Below are positions 26,331 to 38,035 of a stretch of DNA of 64,000 bases, in pieces. The translations under genes and the position numbers were made by a program. Numbering within the stretch: position 1 is the first letter of the stretch; each line of letters starts with the position of its first letter. Location: the NCBI GenBank assembly GCA_963693365.1, contig CAVNZM010000001.1, positions 14,184,418 through 14,248,417 of the forward strand, read 5' to 3'. A model generated the notes under the pieces. The model did no database searches. It saw only the letters and a list, made by a program, of their open reading frames with translations, and had not been told where the DNA came from. The DNA is from Amoebidium appalachense (taxonomy: Eukaryota; Protista; Ichthyosporea).

Positions 26331-28272
26331 TTACATAGTCTCGTCAGACATGACAATATCACTCCCATCACTCACGACATCGCTCACAGTCTGATCCACT
26401 GCATTCAACCTTGGGACGGGGGCCGCTGCACCGACGATGGGGGTACCAGTCTTAATGTCACAGCACTGCTTGTACTTTGCATCCCAGAACTGACCGGCCG
26501 GGCAGGTGGGAATCACACAGCATTGGTTATCCTTGGCATCCCAGTATTGACCCGCGGGGCAAGCGGGGTCATTTGTGGGCTGGGGCCCCGGGGCGGTGGT
26601 CTTAATGTCGCAGCACTGCTTGTACTTTGCATCCCAGAACTGACCGGCCGGGCAGGTGGGAATCACACAGCATTGGTTATACTTGGCATCCCAGTATTGA
26701 CCCGTGGGGCAAGCGGGGTCGTTTGTGGGCTGGGGCCCCGGGGGCGGTGGTCTTAATGTCGCAGCACTGCTTGTACTTAGCATCCCAGAACTGGCCGGCC
26801 GGGCAGGTGGGAATCACACAGCATTGGTTGTACTTGGGGTCCCAGTATTGACCCGCAGGGCAAAGTGGGTCAGGGGTGGGATTCGGGCCGGGAGCGGTCG
26901 ACGTCGTCTTGATGTCGCAGCACTGGTTATACTTGGCATCCCAGTATTGGCCGGGGGGGCAGGCAGTGGGCGTAGCGGCGTTGGTGGTGGTAGCCGTTGT
27001 GGAGGGGACGTAGATGGGAAGGCACCTCTGGTAGGTGGCATCCCAGTAGGTACCGGTAGGGCAGATGGGGACGGGAGGGACGGTGGTAGTAGGGATAATG
27101 ATGGTGGTGGTGGAGGAGGAGGAGGAGGAGACATAGATGGGGAGGCACTGCTTGGAGACGACATCCCAATACTGGCCGGTAGGGCAGATGGGGTCAAAGG
27201 TGGGCGTCACAGTGGGGCTGAAGGTGGTGGTGGTGGTGGGGACGGGCACTGTCGAGGTGGAGGGAACATAGATGGGGAGACACTGCTTGGAGGCGACATC
27301 CCAATACTGGCCGGTAGGGCAGATGGGGTCAAAGGTGGGCGTCACAGTGGGGCTGAAGGTGGTGGTGGTGGTGGGGACGGGCACTGTCGAGGTGGAGGGA
27401 ACATAGATGGGGAGACACTGCTTGGAGACGACGTCCCAGTACTGGCCTGTGGGGCAGATGGGGTTGGGGGTGGGCGTCACAGTGGGGGTGAAGGTGGTGG
27501 GGGTGTAGATAGGAATGCACTGCTTGGTTGCGTAGTCCCACACGCTGCCTGTAGGACAGATTGGCTCGGGGGTGGGCGTCCGAATGGTGCTTGTGGTGGT
27601 GGGGATAGCCGTGGTAACGGTGGTCTTGATAACACAGCACTGGTTGTATTTGGCATCCCAATACTGCCCGGGAGGGCAAATCGGGTCAGGGGTGGGCTTC
27701 GGGCCGGGGGCAGTCGTCTTGATTGTGCAGCATTGGTTGTACTTGGCATCCCAATACTGGCCGGGTGGGCAAATCGGGTCGGGCTTGATGATGTCACAGC
27801 AGCGCCCCTGTGCCGCATCCCAGTACTGACCGGCAGGGCAGTTGGGGTTGGGCTTTGGGTTGGGCTTGACGTCACAGCAGCGTCCCAGGGCCGCGTCCCA
27901 ATACTGACCGGCGGGGCAAGTGGTGGGGTTGGGGTTGCAGCAGCCCTCGCTCCAGCTCTTCCACACCTTGCCCCGGGGGCAGCTAGGGACACGACGGCAG
28001 CCAGTGCGCCACATTGCATATCCAAACGGGCAAGCCCTACCGCGCATGCTCTCAAGTACGCGGTTTGTCGCTGGGACCACATTGTTTGCAGCTGGCGCGG
28101 AAATGGCCACGGGCATAGCGATGGGCATGGGCTGGGGGGCTGAGGCCTGGTCAAAGGTAAGTGGGGCATTAACCACTACTGGCACAGCACTGTCCCTCTG
28201 TGGCACGGAAACGACCGCAGCTGACACGGCGGCGGCCATAAGCACCGCCGAAACGGTAGGTTGCATCAGCAT
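26331..28272 (-). CDS. Secreted Cys/Trp-repeat, Thr/Pro-rich mucin-like protein (~646 aa after correcting one +1 frameshift)
   Basis: Hydrophobic N-terminus MLMQPTVSAVLMAAAVSAAVV. About 18 modules of the type CP(A/P/T)GQYWD-x5-C(C), separated by Thr/Pro linkers. ORFs 26677-28272 and 26331-26783 join if the extra G at 26740-26744 is removed (5 G versus 4 G in the sister repeat at 26590). Confidence 0.85.
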
Positions 28273-29006
28273 TTTGTATGAGTTGCGTGATTATTAGCTA
28301 AAGGGTTTCTACGATAAAAACTATGGTCTATGGATGTGAAGAAGGACTCGCGAGGGGCTCGGAGTCGAGGTGCCAGCGCTGAACTTTCCGAATCCAAGTT
28401 CTATAATTCAGGTGGCGAGGTGTGTGTTTAGCGCTGCCAGGCTGGTGATCTGAGAAGGAATGGTGCTTGCACCAGCTTATATAGCTTCGAAGTTCTACAA
28501 GGTGTGCCGCTCTATAATCGGATTGGATGAAAAAACCAAAACTGCAGAAACTTTGCAAGTTCTAATGATTTGGGGATGTTGGACCTCCTAGACCTGCCCA
28601 CAATTGTGTATTTCATGACATGTGCTACATAGTAAAACAAACGCGCAAAAAAGCGATTAAAAAAACACAATATAGGAACTTGATTTTCGTTTTTTTTAGA
28701 CTTTCTGGGCAAAGAGTAGATGATCTTAAATGGCTACATACTTGCAGTCTGCGTTTAGCAAGACCGACGCGTCAAACCGTCACACATTGACATGTGATGG
28801 CATAGGGTGATGGGGTTTACGCTGTTTACTCGAGGCAAAGAGAACCAGTCTCAGGTATGGGGGGGGGGGTTTTGCTCGGAATATCCCCTCAGCGGTATAT
28901 CATGATCACGTACATAGATGTCGGGTGGTGACTATATATCAGGGTTTACTTTCTCTACGAGACACCATAAAGACTACAAGGAGAAATCAATTAGTTGGGG
29001 TTCCCC

Positions 29007-29046
<40 letters not shown>

Positions 29047-29078
29047 GGGCTCCCCTCGGGACACTCGGTATCAGCTGG

Positions 29079-29135
<57 letters not shown>

Positions 29136-29156
29136 GTGTGTGTGTGTGCGCGTGCG

Positions 29157-32100
29157 CTATAATTTTGTAGTGATGTGTTTCTCAAGCCAATCAATACATC
29201 TAATAAACAGGTCGTAGTTACGCGTGTTTAGTATAAAATCAAGGATGTTGTAATTTACAGGTAGGCTATCTTTCTGGGTGTCTGTTGTGAATGTGACGTG
29301 TGTGTGTTGCGGTATTATGTGGTCTATCAAACTACATTTGGCGATACATGACCGGTTAAACTGGTGTGTGTGTGTGTTGTTTGGGCATGCAAATGATGCC
29401 ACCTTATACTTATTAGATCTCCACTGTATAGCACGTGTACAGTAAAAGCGTGGTAATTGATCAATAATACCATCAGCTAGAGAAAGACCAGTTCTACAGG
29501 AAGGTAATATGTATTTAGGTGTTATACACTTGCGAGTGCCATATTTGGCAATATGGTTGAGGCGGTCAGTATATATAAAACGAGACATAAGGCTTAGTTT
29601 TTCAAGGTGTATGCTTTCATCGGGTCTAGTGTCGTTTGGTATCTTTTTCCATTTGTTATATTGCGTGATTATCTTGTGATTGTGTACATGTTTAATAAGT
29701 AAGTGGCAGTCCAAAGTCACACACACACTATTGCGGGGTTTATTTGTATTTGTGCCCAGGGGAGAAGGGGAGAGAGAGGGGAGGAAAGAGGGGAGAGGTG
29801 AGGAGGGGACAGGTCGGATAGAGAAGAGAGGGTGGGAGGGCAAATACTTCTTTAAGCGGCTTATGTGCTTATTGAATTTCAGCGCGAGATAGGATACTCT
29901 AGCAGCTATTGGGACCAGACCATATATCGAGAGCGTTACAGGCCCAGGTTTACAACAGTTGTTAGATAGAAAGGAGGCAACTTCTGCTTCAAGGAAATTT
30001 GCCAAGGGTTTAAGCGCTCTAGTTCTCTCTTTCTTGATCCAAGCGGCGAGAAGGGGTAAACCATATTCACATGCCGGGAAGACAAAAGTGCGAATAAATG
30101 TAAGTCTAATAGAAGGATGGAGGGGTGTGTCTTTAAAAATATTAGCCGAGAAGAAAGCTAACCGCTTACGAGCCAACTCTACCCTCTTTTCGACCATATG
30201 GGGAAACATAACACCAACAGAATCAACCGGAACACCAAGATATTTGTATTCTGGAACTATAGGTACAGGTTTAGATGATAATGTAAATGTGTGTAAATTG
30301 TTAGCTATATCAGGTACAAGAACACCACATTTGTCTATGTTAAGGATCATAAGGTTTGCCTTGCACCACTCTGACACTACATCGAACAATCTTTGCAGGC
30401 GTCTAGGGGTACGGGCAAGGAGGGACAGATCATCAGCATAGAGAAGTGCAGGCGGAAAGTTATTAATAGGGTCATCGTTTTCGGCGTAAATCTTGACAGC
30501 CAAATCATCTATAAATAGGTTAAACAAAAAGGGGCTAAGCAATGAGCCCTGCAAGAGACCTCTAGTACGAGCAAAACCATATGAAAGATGCCCATTAACC
30601 ACAGCTCTACCATAGGTTTGAGACAAGAGTGCTTCTAACAGAACACCAATGCAGTGTGGTACACCCCGTGCAGCAAGCTTTTCCCATAGGAGACCAGGGG
30701 AGACAGAATCGTAAGCAGTTTTCCAATCAATAAAGCCAACATATTGTGCACCAACTTGCATAGAATCGTGCAGTGCCATTATTTGAACATAACATGAATT
30801 GTTTTTACGAAAAGCGGATTGGCATGGGTGTATGTGAAGAATAGATTGAAACCTAGGGTGATGTGCAAATAACCTAAGTAAGCAAGCTTCAAAGAATCTA
30901 CGAACAACCTGGGTTAGTGTAATGGGGCGAAAGGATGATATGGGGCCCTCAGAGTCCTTCTTAACTATGGGGATCACTAAGGTATCTAACCAAGATGACG
31001 GGACATGTCCACATTTAACACACCAAGAAAAGAGAGAGCTTAACATGATAGTAAGATCAGGTTTAATAGCACGATCACTTTCCTTTTGTGGGTAGGAGGG
31101 AACAAGGATTTTAAGAAACCCAGCAGGGAGTCCATCAGGTCCACAAGACTTACTAGAGCTATAACTAGATATCACAGACCATATGGCATCGGGACTGAAA
31201 AAGGGGAGGATCGATTCTATGGGGATAGATGGGTCTACAGGCCACACAATAGGTTTCTGAGCGGGGGTCCTATCTTTAAACAGTTCCGAGAAATACTTAT
31301 CAGAGTCTATGAGGGGGTCTCCAGTGGTATCACCAATAATACGAGCAGGGGGGCCAAATCGATTCATACTAGCAAGCCGGCGCAAGCTTTCCTTTTGAGA
31401 CAGGGGTTCACCTAGTCTAGCGGGAGTGGTGTTTGGTAACAAGAGAGCATCGGGATATTCCTTCCTACCACCGCCAGCATAATCACCGAGATCTATCAAA
31501 TCATCAACAATAAAGTTAGTGCATGTATCTAGTACGAGATGTGAATCTGGCCTGGCTTGTGCAGATTCTAATAGGCGCATATATATAGGGTGTTTCGTAG
31601 CATAGCATACACATACATCAACTCTACCCCACTGTGACTTAAGCTGGGATAGACGGAGGCGAAAGGTGGGAGGGGGAGGGGGGAGCAGATCAAGGGAGAT
31701 CTTAGGTAGGAAAAGGATAGGAGAGTGGTCAGATGACCTAGAGAGGTTAGGAGGGAGAGAGAGTTTTGACATGGTTGATGGCCAAAAGGCCACTCCCCAG
31801 TCGGTGTTGTGGGCATGGGATATTTGAGGGAACCGCAAAGTGTGACTTTGGACATACCTTGCTAAAGGGATAGCACGCTCCGGGGGCTTAGATGGGTACC
31901 CGACACTCACTTGCAGTGTGTCTGTGTGGTGGAGTCGCGTGTTAAAATCACCTAAAATAACAGTGGACATTGGTAACTGTGACAACTCGTGAGTCAATTC
32001 GACAACCGACATAGATGGTGGGTAATATACAAAAGTAAAAACATTAGAAAGAAACTCTATAGAAACCGAGAATTCCGTTTTTGCTACCGGTTTGCACTTC

Positions 32101-32351
32101 ACTCTCACGTGTGGTGCGGCAAGTACAATAATGCCTCGGTTTTTCGCGTAACCGGGGTGTGTGGATGTGTCGACCAATGTAGAGTTGAATTTGTGGTGGT
32201 TTTTAAACTGTGTTTCGCAAATCACTGTAAACGTGTGGTTGTTTGTCTGTTGTTGTATGTAGCTGATTTTATCGTCGAGTGTCCCGGGGGGGAGGCCCTT
32301 TTGGGGGCCCAGTGTCCGAGCATTCCAGAAGAAGAAGGATAAATTAGGCAT
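29157..32351 (-). CDS. LINE ORF2: apurinic endonuclease, reverse transcriptase and Cys/His C-terminal domain (1064 aa)
   Basis: APE motifs WNART, ICETQ, YYPP, GDFN, SDHSPI. RT motifs GPDG, FRPITL, FIDWKTAYDSV, QGSLLSPFLFN, YADD, KYLG. Confidence 0.95.
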   Translation of the reverse strand: MPNLSFFFWNARTLGPQKGLPPGTLDDKISYIQQQTNNHTFTVICETQFKNHHKFNSTLVDTSTHPGYAKNRGIIVLAAPHVRVKCKPVAKTEFSVSIEFLSNVFTFVYYPPSMSVVELTHELSQLPMSTVILGDFNTRLHHTDTLQVSVGYPSKPPERAIPLARYVQSHTLRFPQISHAHNTDWGVAFWPSTMSKLSLPPNLSRSSDHSPILFLPKISLDLLPPPPPTFRLRLSQLKSQWGRVDVCVCYATKHPIYMRLLESAQARPDSHLVLDTCTNFIVDDLIDLGDYAGGGRKEYPDALLLPNTTPARLGEPLSQKESLRRLASMNRFGPPARIIGDTTGDPLIDSDKYFSELFKDRTPAQKPIVWPVDPSIPIESILPFFSPDAIWSVISSYSSSKSCGPDGLPAGFLKILVPSYPQKESDRAIKPDLTIMLSSLFSWCVKCGHVPSSWLDTLVIPIVKKDSEGPISSFRPITLTQVVRRFFEACLLRLFAHHPRFQSILHIHPCQSAFRKNNSCYVQIMALHDSMQVGAQYVGFIDWKTAYDSVSPGLLWEKLAARGVPHCIGVLLEALLSQTYGRAVVNGHLSYGFARTRGLLQGSLLSPFLFNLFIDDLAVKIYAENDDPINNFPPALLYADDLSLLARTPRRLQRLFDVVSEWCKANLMILNIDKCGVLVPDIANNLHTFTLSSKPVPIVPEYKYLGVPVDSVGVMFPHMVEKRVELARKRLAFFSANIFKDTPLHPSIRLTFIRTFVFPACEYGLPLLAAWIKKERTRALKPLANFLEAEVASFLSNNCCKPGPVTLSIYGLVPIAARVSYLALKFNKHISRLKKYLPSHPLFSIRPVPSSPLPSFLPSLSPSPLGTNTNKPRNSVCVTLDCHLLIKHVHNHKIITQYNKWKKIPNDTRPDESIHLEKLSLMSRFIYTDRLNHIAKYGTRKCITPKYILPSCRTGLSLADGIIDQLPRFYCTRAIQWRSNKYKVASFACPNNTHTHQFNRSCIAKCSLIDHIIPQHTHVTFTTDTQKDSLPVNYNILDFILNTRNYDLFIRCIDWLEKHITTKL

Positions 32352-33528
32352 CGGTTTGGTCCGACACCTGTGGGGTTGGTTCCCACTTGTCGCTTACGGG
32401 GTCGTATGCACGACCTTCCGCCAGCGCGAACAGTTCGCAGAAGAGCTCGATTTCCATCTCGCATCGGCGTTTGCGCTCGAGCAGTTTCTCACCAGAAAAC
32501 ATTGGTTCCTTCGTGCCCGTGTCTATCACGCTCGTAGCATCGTTTTCCAACTTTGCGAGGAACTCTTTTGCCTTGCTGATGCGTACACGACAACGTGTGG
32601 CGCACGCATTCTTAGCAGACACTTTACGTTCTTTGTCTGCTTTCTGAATGTTTTCCGGCGCGCATGGGTCGTAGCTTGGGAGGTGGGTGAAGAAGCTTCC
32701 ACACCCCTTTGTCGCGTCACGGATGAACGCACGGTTATAGTCGCCCCGTACTGCTACTTCCAGCACATCGTATCCAATGAAGGACAGACAAAGGATGCGA
32801 GAGCACCGGAAGCCGAGAGCCTTGAAGATGGACCACATGGCCCTGTGTGGGCGTCTGCCGTGCTTGACTTTGAAATACACCCTCTCGTATTTGGGTGGGA
32901 TGTTGATGTTACCGTTTGCTTGGGTGTTCCCCTTAGCCGGCGGTTTGGGAGGGGAGTTGCGGCGGTACTCGTTGCCTGCAAGAATGCTGGCATATGTTTC
33001 CTTGGCAATTTGGCGGAGCTCGGGTGTTTTACGAGAGTTCGCATATTCTAGGAACTCTGCCGGGAGCTGTGCTTCCGGTCCTGTGTTGTTTTGTGTTGGG
33101 GTGGAAATGTCTCCGTCGCGAGATGTTTGCTCATGAGTTTTGGGGTTTTGCGATCCACTAATGTTTAGCTGGGCTGTGAGTGAATCAATGGTGAGCTTGA
33201 GTTGGGTATTTTCTGTTTGGAGTTTTTCTATCATGTTCTTGAGTGGTAACAGCTCATTTAGCTGTTTCTTAACGAGGGCAAGTTCTGCCAGTACTGTATC
33301 AACCGAAAGTTTCGGCATGGTTGTTATTGTGTTTCTACGGAGTGGTGTGGTGTTATTCTGAATGGGTAGTGTATTGTAAATAGGTGTTGCGCTTAGTCTA
33401 AGGCGATGTTTTTCTGGTTGTGCATCTGTGGTAGGTGTATCTGCTGGACGTTTTAATGGTCGCACATGTGTGATGGGTGTAGATGGAACTTTGAAAGAGG
33501 TTCTGAAACGATTATAGGCATGTGCCAT
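32344..33528 (-). CDS. LINE ORF1 (coiled coil plus putative nucleic-acid-binding domain, 394 aa)
   Basis: Lies immediately upstream of ORF2 and overlaps it by 8 nt (ATGCCTAA). Heptad-like segment LAELALVKKQLNEL...LQTENTQLKLTIDSL. 'TYASIL' motif, common in ORF1/gag-like proteins. Confidence 0.85.
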   Translation of the reverse strand: MAHAYNRFRTSFKVPSTPITHVRPLKRPADTPTTDAQPEKHRLRLSATPIYNTLPIQNNTTPLRRNTITTMPKLSVDTVLAELALVKKQLNELLPLKNMIEKLQTENTQLKLTIDSLTAQLNISGSQNPKTHEQTSRDGDISTPTQNNTGPEAQLPAEFLEYANSRKTPELRQIAKETYASILAGNEYRRNSPPKPPAKGNTQANGNINIPPKYERVYFKVKHGRRPHRAMWSIFKALGFRCSRILCLSFIGYDVLEVAVRGDYNRAFIRDATKGCGSFFTHLPSYDPCAPENIQKADKERKVSAKNACATRCRVRISKAKEFLAKLENDATSVIDTGTKEPMFSGEKLLERKRRCEMEIELFCELFALAEGRAYDPVSDKWEPTPQVSDQTDA

Positions 33529-34129
33529 GACATGGATGGGGGTGTTCCCCGGCCCTTAGGGCCACGGATGGCCTGGTTTAGGGGTGGATGCGCGAAGGAT
33601 ACTATTTATTAGCAGATAATAAAGAGCGACATTTGAATCGATGTGTGCGACTGAATCGGTGTGTGCGCGGGTGATTTATTCTTCCAACTTTTCCGCCAAT
33701 CACAAAGTCACCTCAAAAAACCTATGTTGTAATGTGCAGGAATCAAAAACGATTGGTCCTTCCGACAATGCCCACTTTCACAGTCACACAGACATGTGCA
33801 CTGCAGTGTGCACGCACGGACCGGTCCCTATCGAATTCTCACTGTTCGCAACGCGGTGTCACAAATGAGAAGGGCAAGTTTACTGTTCAATATATTAGCG
33901 TACATATCCCGTGCAATCCCGGTGTGTATATAATATATATATCAGATTCGGGTTCTATAGAATGCCTCGCCAAGAACTGGAACCGGTCAGACCTCACGAA
34001 GTACGACACGTGGGCAGTCTACTAAACTTTTTGCATCAATTTCAAGGAACGTCTATCGTTTCCCTCTCACGGTTCGCCGATGAAAAACGAACACAAGGCT
34101 CCACATTTTTCGAGTCCTGAACATCACGG

Positions 34130-34600
34130 CACACGGGCAGGTTCACGTATGTACATAAGACTTATCGAACGTGAGCAGGTTTTGAAGTTATCAGATGGAC
34201 GTGCTCCACCGGCCCTTGAACAAACATGTGCTAGTTTCACGTACACATGGACGTGCTCCAAGGCCCCTTGAATCAATAAGGAGAAAGGGTTCATTTTGAA
34301 ATTTCACTATGTAATTGATCAAATGTCATATGTAGGATTATCGGCCCCCACTGAGTATCGGGAGTTAGGGAGTATGGGGGATTACGATCTGCCGTTATGC
34401 ACATGCATGGTTCATGGCCGCACTCAATTTGATTGGTGGAATATAACGGACCAATAGTCTCATATACCATATATGGTATATGAGGAAATTTAGTTTTGAA
34501 CCCTTTCTCCATAAATGGGCCAGTTTCACGTACATACAAAGTGTTGAGTGTTGATCAAGAGACGTGCTCCCCAGGACCCCAGCCGGCCCCTCGAAGTTGA
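34130..34600. repeat. Dispersed short degenerate repeats (GACGTGCTCC...GGCCC(C)TTGAA; GTTTCACGTACA)
   Basis: GACGTGCTCC occurs at about 34198, 34250 and 34561. (T)TTCACGTA occurs at about 34142, 34235 and 34523. Confidence 0.5.
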
Positions 34601-34671
34601 ATGAAAAAATGGGTCATAATTGATTCTTGATTTTGAAACGGGGAGGGGGGTAGTATTATTAAACTTTTTTT

Positions 34672-34702
<31 letters not shown>

Positions 34703-35399
34703 AGGGGGGGAGGTCACTTCCACCCACCCGACCTATCGTTCACTGTGACATGACTTTTACTGGAAATCGGCCAAAGCGGCCCGTGATTTATCACGGGCCG
34801 TGAGGCCGCACAACCAATCACAAGCCTCAGATATGCACATGCCCACTGGTTCAAACACAGCCAAGTTTATACTCAGGAATTTGGTAGCGCCCTCCCCATC
34901 GTGAAAACATGCCCCCAAAGAGAAAAACACGTGGAAACCCTCTTGCGCCGCGCTCCCCACCGTAGAACGACTCACAGTTAGTGGGCTCTAGCTAGTTTTC
35001 CGCAGTAGCCACCTCCAAGCCACACAACGCCGCGAAAACGCCGTTCCAACAGGCCCACTACAACCAGAGCTACACGTTTTTTCGCAAAACCCACTACCCA
35101 CCCTGCCCAACTCAACGCTTCAAGAAACCGGGTGCCTCCTGTAGGCTACAACCGCAACAACTTCTTAGTTCAACCCAACCCGTAAAGTGGTCCTCTCCCA
35201 CTTAACGGTCCTGGAACCCACAGCGCACCCCGGAGCTACAAAAACGTCCACCCCCCCCCCTCGCTTACGGCCACTAGCCCGGAACGTCCAAGCCCAACCC
35301 CCGCTGTCCTAGCGGGCAAACCGACACCATCGAAGCAACCGAGGCCAACCAATCGGCCACTCATCGACACCACCACCCCTACCAAACGACCACAGTCTC

Positions 35400-36080
35400 G
35401 CCTGCATCATATGGTCGACACCAACCAGCCCACCGACCGCACCAACACATACGCCCTGGTCAGCACCCACCAACCTCCTGACCGCACCATCGTATGTCAC
35501 CCTGGTCAACACAAAAACAACCAAGTGTAACAGACCACAGCGTCGCATGTGTTACCGCCCGGTCAACACCAAACAACTCCCGACCACACCTTCACATGCC
35601 CCAGTAGGTCACCACCAAGCAATTCGCCACCCACACTAACGCATGCTCCACCCAGTCAACACCAACACTCCTTGACCACACCACGCATGCACAACCCGGC
35701 ATTGCTATCACCAAGCAACCCACGGACCACACTAGCACACGCCACCTGGTCAGCACCCAGCAACTTCCTGACCGCACCATCGTGTGTTCAACCCTGTCCG
35801 ACACAAAACAAAACTTCAACCACACACTGCATTTGAGCCCCACGGAGCCCTTTGGGGAGGGCCCGACAACGCCTTCACGTGCACTCGTTGGAGTTACCCA
35901 ACAACCAACCGACCCCACCAACACATACGCCACCCTGGTCAGCACCTAACACCACCCTGGCCACACCCGATCGTATGCTCAACCCGGTCATCACCAACAA
36001 GCAACCAACCAACCACACGCATGTGCCATCACCAGGTCAACACCAACAACCCCTGACCACACCAACACATGCACCACCCA
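35400..36080. repeat. Degenerate ~48-bp minisatellite (CCTGGTCARCACC...CCTGACCRCACC)
   Basis: The core recurs at about 35455, 35501, 35558, 35651, 35745, 35935, 35983 and 36032. Confidence 0.65.
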
Positions 36081-37040
36081 ATACCGAACCAAAAACTGTT
36101 TTCTGTACCCTTAATCCCCTTTGAACTTGCCCTGTAACTCTGGGGGCTGCTGCTAAAAGTTACAGGGTGGGGCTGCTGCATATATACTATGTATATTATT
36201 GGTCTGTTTAGAGACCGATCGTTCTGCCATGTCTGTCTAACAAACGGGCTCAGTTTAGAACGTGGGTATGTAGGTCCTGTGGGGCTGGTACCTACCACTA
36301 TTTAGCGGTACTGAATAAGACCTTAAATAAAAAGGTTCAAAACAAAAACAAAAGGGGGGGGGGGGGGGGGGAGGGAGGGAGGGGGGAGGGACCTTTTGGA
36401 CAGGCGGGTCCCTTCCCCCCCTCCCCCCGAGGGGGGGCCGGGGGGACCCACCCACCCCTCCGGCGAGCAGGGGGAGGGGGGGGGGGGGGGGGGACCCACC
36501 ACCCACCTCCCCCCCCCCCGCAGGGCGCTTGGGGGCTTAACCACTCGTTTCTTCTTTGCCCCTTTTCTTGTACACTTAGTAGCCCCGCCCCCCCCCCTTT
36601 CGTAACTAAGGTATTCGTTTCTTTCTTGCTTGATTCAATTCGCGGCTTCCATGTGTTGGCTTTCCCTTTTTTTACCTTTAATTAAAGGCTTGTCAACACT
36701 TATCAAGTTTTTTTTAGTCTATTTTGTGGTGAATAGCCAGATGCGGGGGCGCCCAGGGGGGGAGGGGGAGAATCAGTGTGTCATCTCATGTCACTCACAA
36801 ACTCAAGCTTAGACATCGCTCGGGGGGGGGGGGGGGGGGGGGGGGGGTTATTTTTTATGCCCGATTCTCATGCATTCTCATTAGGCCTGCAGGTTAGTAG
36901 GTCTGCAGGACCGCATAATTTTTGTGGTGGTGGTGGTGGTGAGTGGGTGGGTGGGTGGGTGAGGGGGGGGGGGGGGGGGGGGCTTTTCACTTATTTTTTT
37001 GAACCTTTTTTTTTTTTTTTTAAGGTCCGCGGGTCCGCAG

Positions 37041-37080
<40 letters not shown>

Positions 37081-37552
37081 CACTCAGTTTGTCTTCTTGT
37101 CTTTCTCTGCTTGCAGGTTTTGTAGGCTCTGTGTTCTTAGACTGCTGTTCCTTGAACAACCCTGCTCGTCTTTGGCCGAGACGGGTGGACTTGCCTATTG
37201 CTGTTGAAACAAAATATGGGTTGGGAACCACGCGTGAGAGGTTAATGAGTGGAACCCATGCGTTTGTGGAGGGATAGGAACCCCCCTGATGATGGGGTCT
37301 GTTCAAGTGTCTTCTGCCTGCACACCTACATTGTTTGATTCTGGGTTTCTCATTTGTGTGGCGTTTTGTTGTTGTCCTCTGGTGTCCCCTCCACTGGCAT
37401 ATTTCCAACCCTCTAACGCATACATCCCCCCCCCCCCCCCCTCCCCCCCCCCCCCAAAAAAAAAAAAAAAAAAAATGAAGGAAAAAAGGAAAAAAAAGCA
37501 GCAGATTCTCATATTTCCTTTTCTGCCTTGCTCCTTTTCTTCTTTGCTTCTT

Positions 37553-37629
<77 letters not shown>

Positions 37630-37959
37630 ACACACACACCGTGACACACACACGTCACCCACCAACCCCCTCGGAATGTAAATACCGGAACGGTCGGTTA
37701 CCTGGGACCTACCTACGTAGTGTACTGGCTTAATCCAACGACGTATATGGTTTGGTTAAGTACCAGCAATCTGCTATTGTTTTTTCCCTGGCATCAGTCT
37801 GAATTGTCGGCATATGGGGCTCCTGGGGGCTGGTACCCATCACATGTTGTGGTAAGGGAATGCGAAGGTATATCGGATGCAGAAAGCACAGGTATGACTG
37901 GCCAGTGTTGGATCTGCCGGAACTTCCAAAGCTGTTCAAGTAGAGCATGAAATCAAAGA

Positions 37960-38035
<76 letters not shown>

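Larger units (their letters stand above)
29008..33543 (-). mobile_element. Apparently full-length two-ORF non-LTR retrotransposon (APE + RT)
   Basis: 35-nt poly(T) at 29008-29042 (poly(A) tail). Candidate 8-bp TSD GTTCCCCG at 29000-29007 and 33544-33551. ORF1 and ORF2 are uninterrupted. The 3' UTR has (CA)n and a terminal inverted repeat. Confidence 0.9.

Noticed and set aside
26704-28143. 479-aa plus-strand Gly-rich ORF and other overlapping ORFs
   Set aside because: Antisense shadow of the Cys-repeat gene.
33529-33610. HDV-like ribozyme or snRNA target at the LINE 5' junction
   Set aside because: Only two small hairpins (GGCCC-TAA-GGGCC and GGGG-AACA-CCCC). I could not build the nested double pseudoknot, and the reconstructed empty site matched no RNA gene I recognise.
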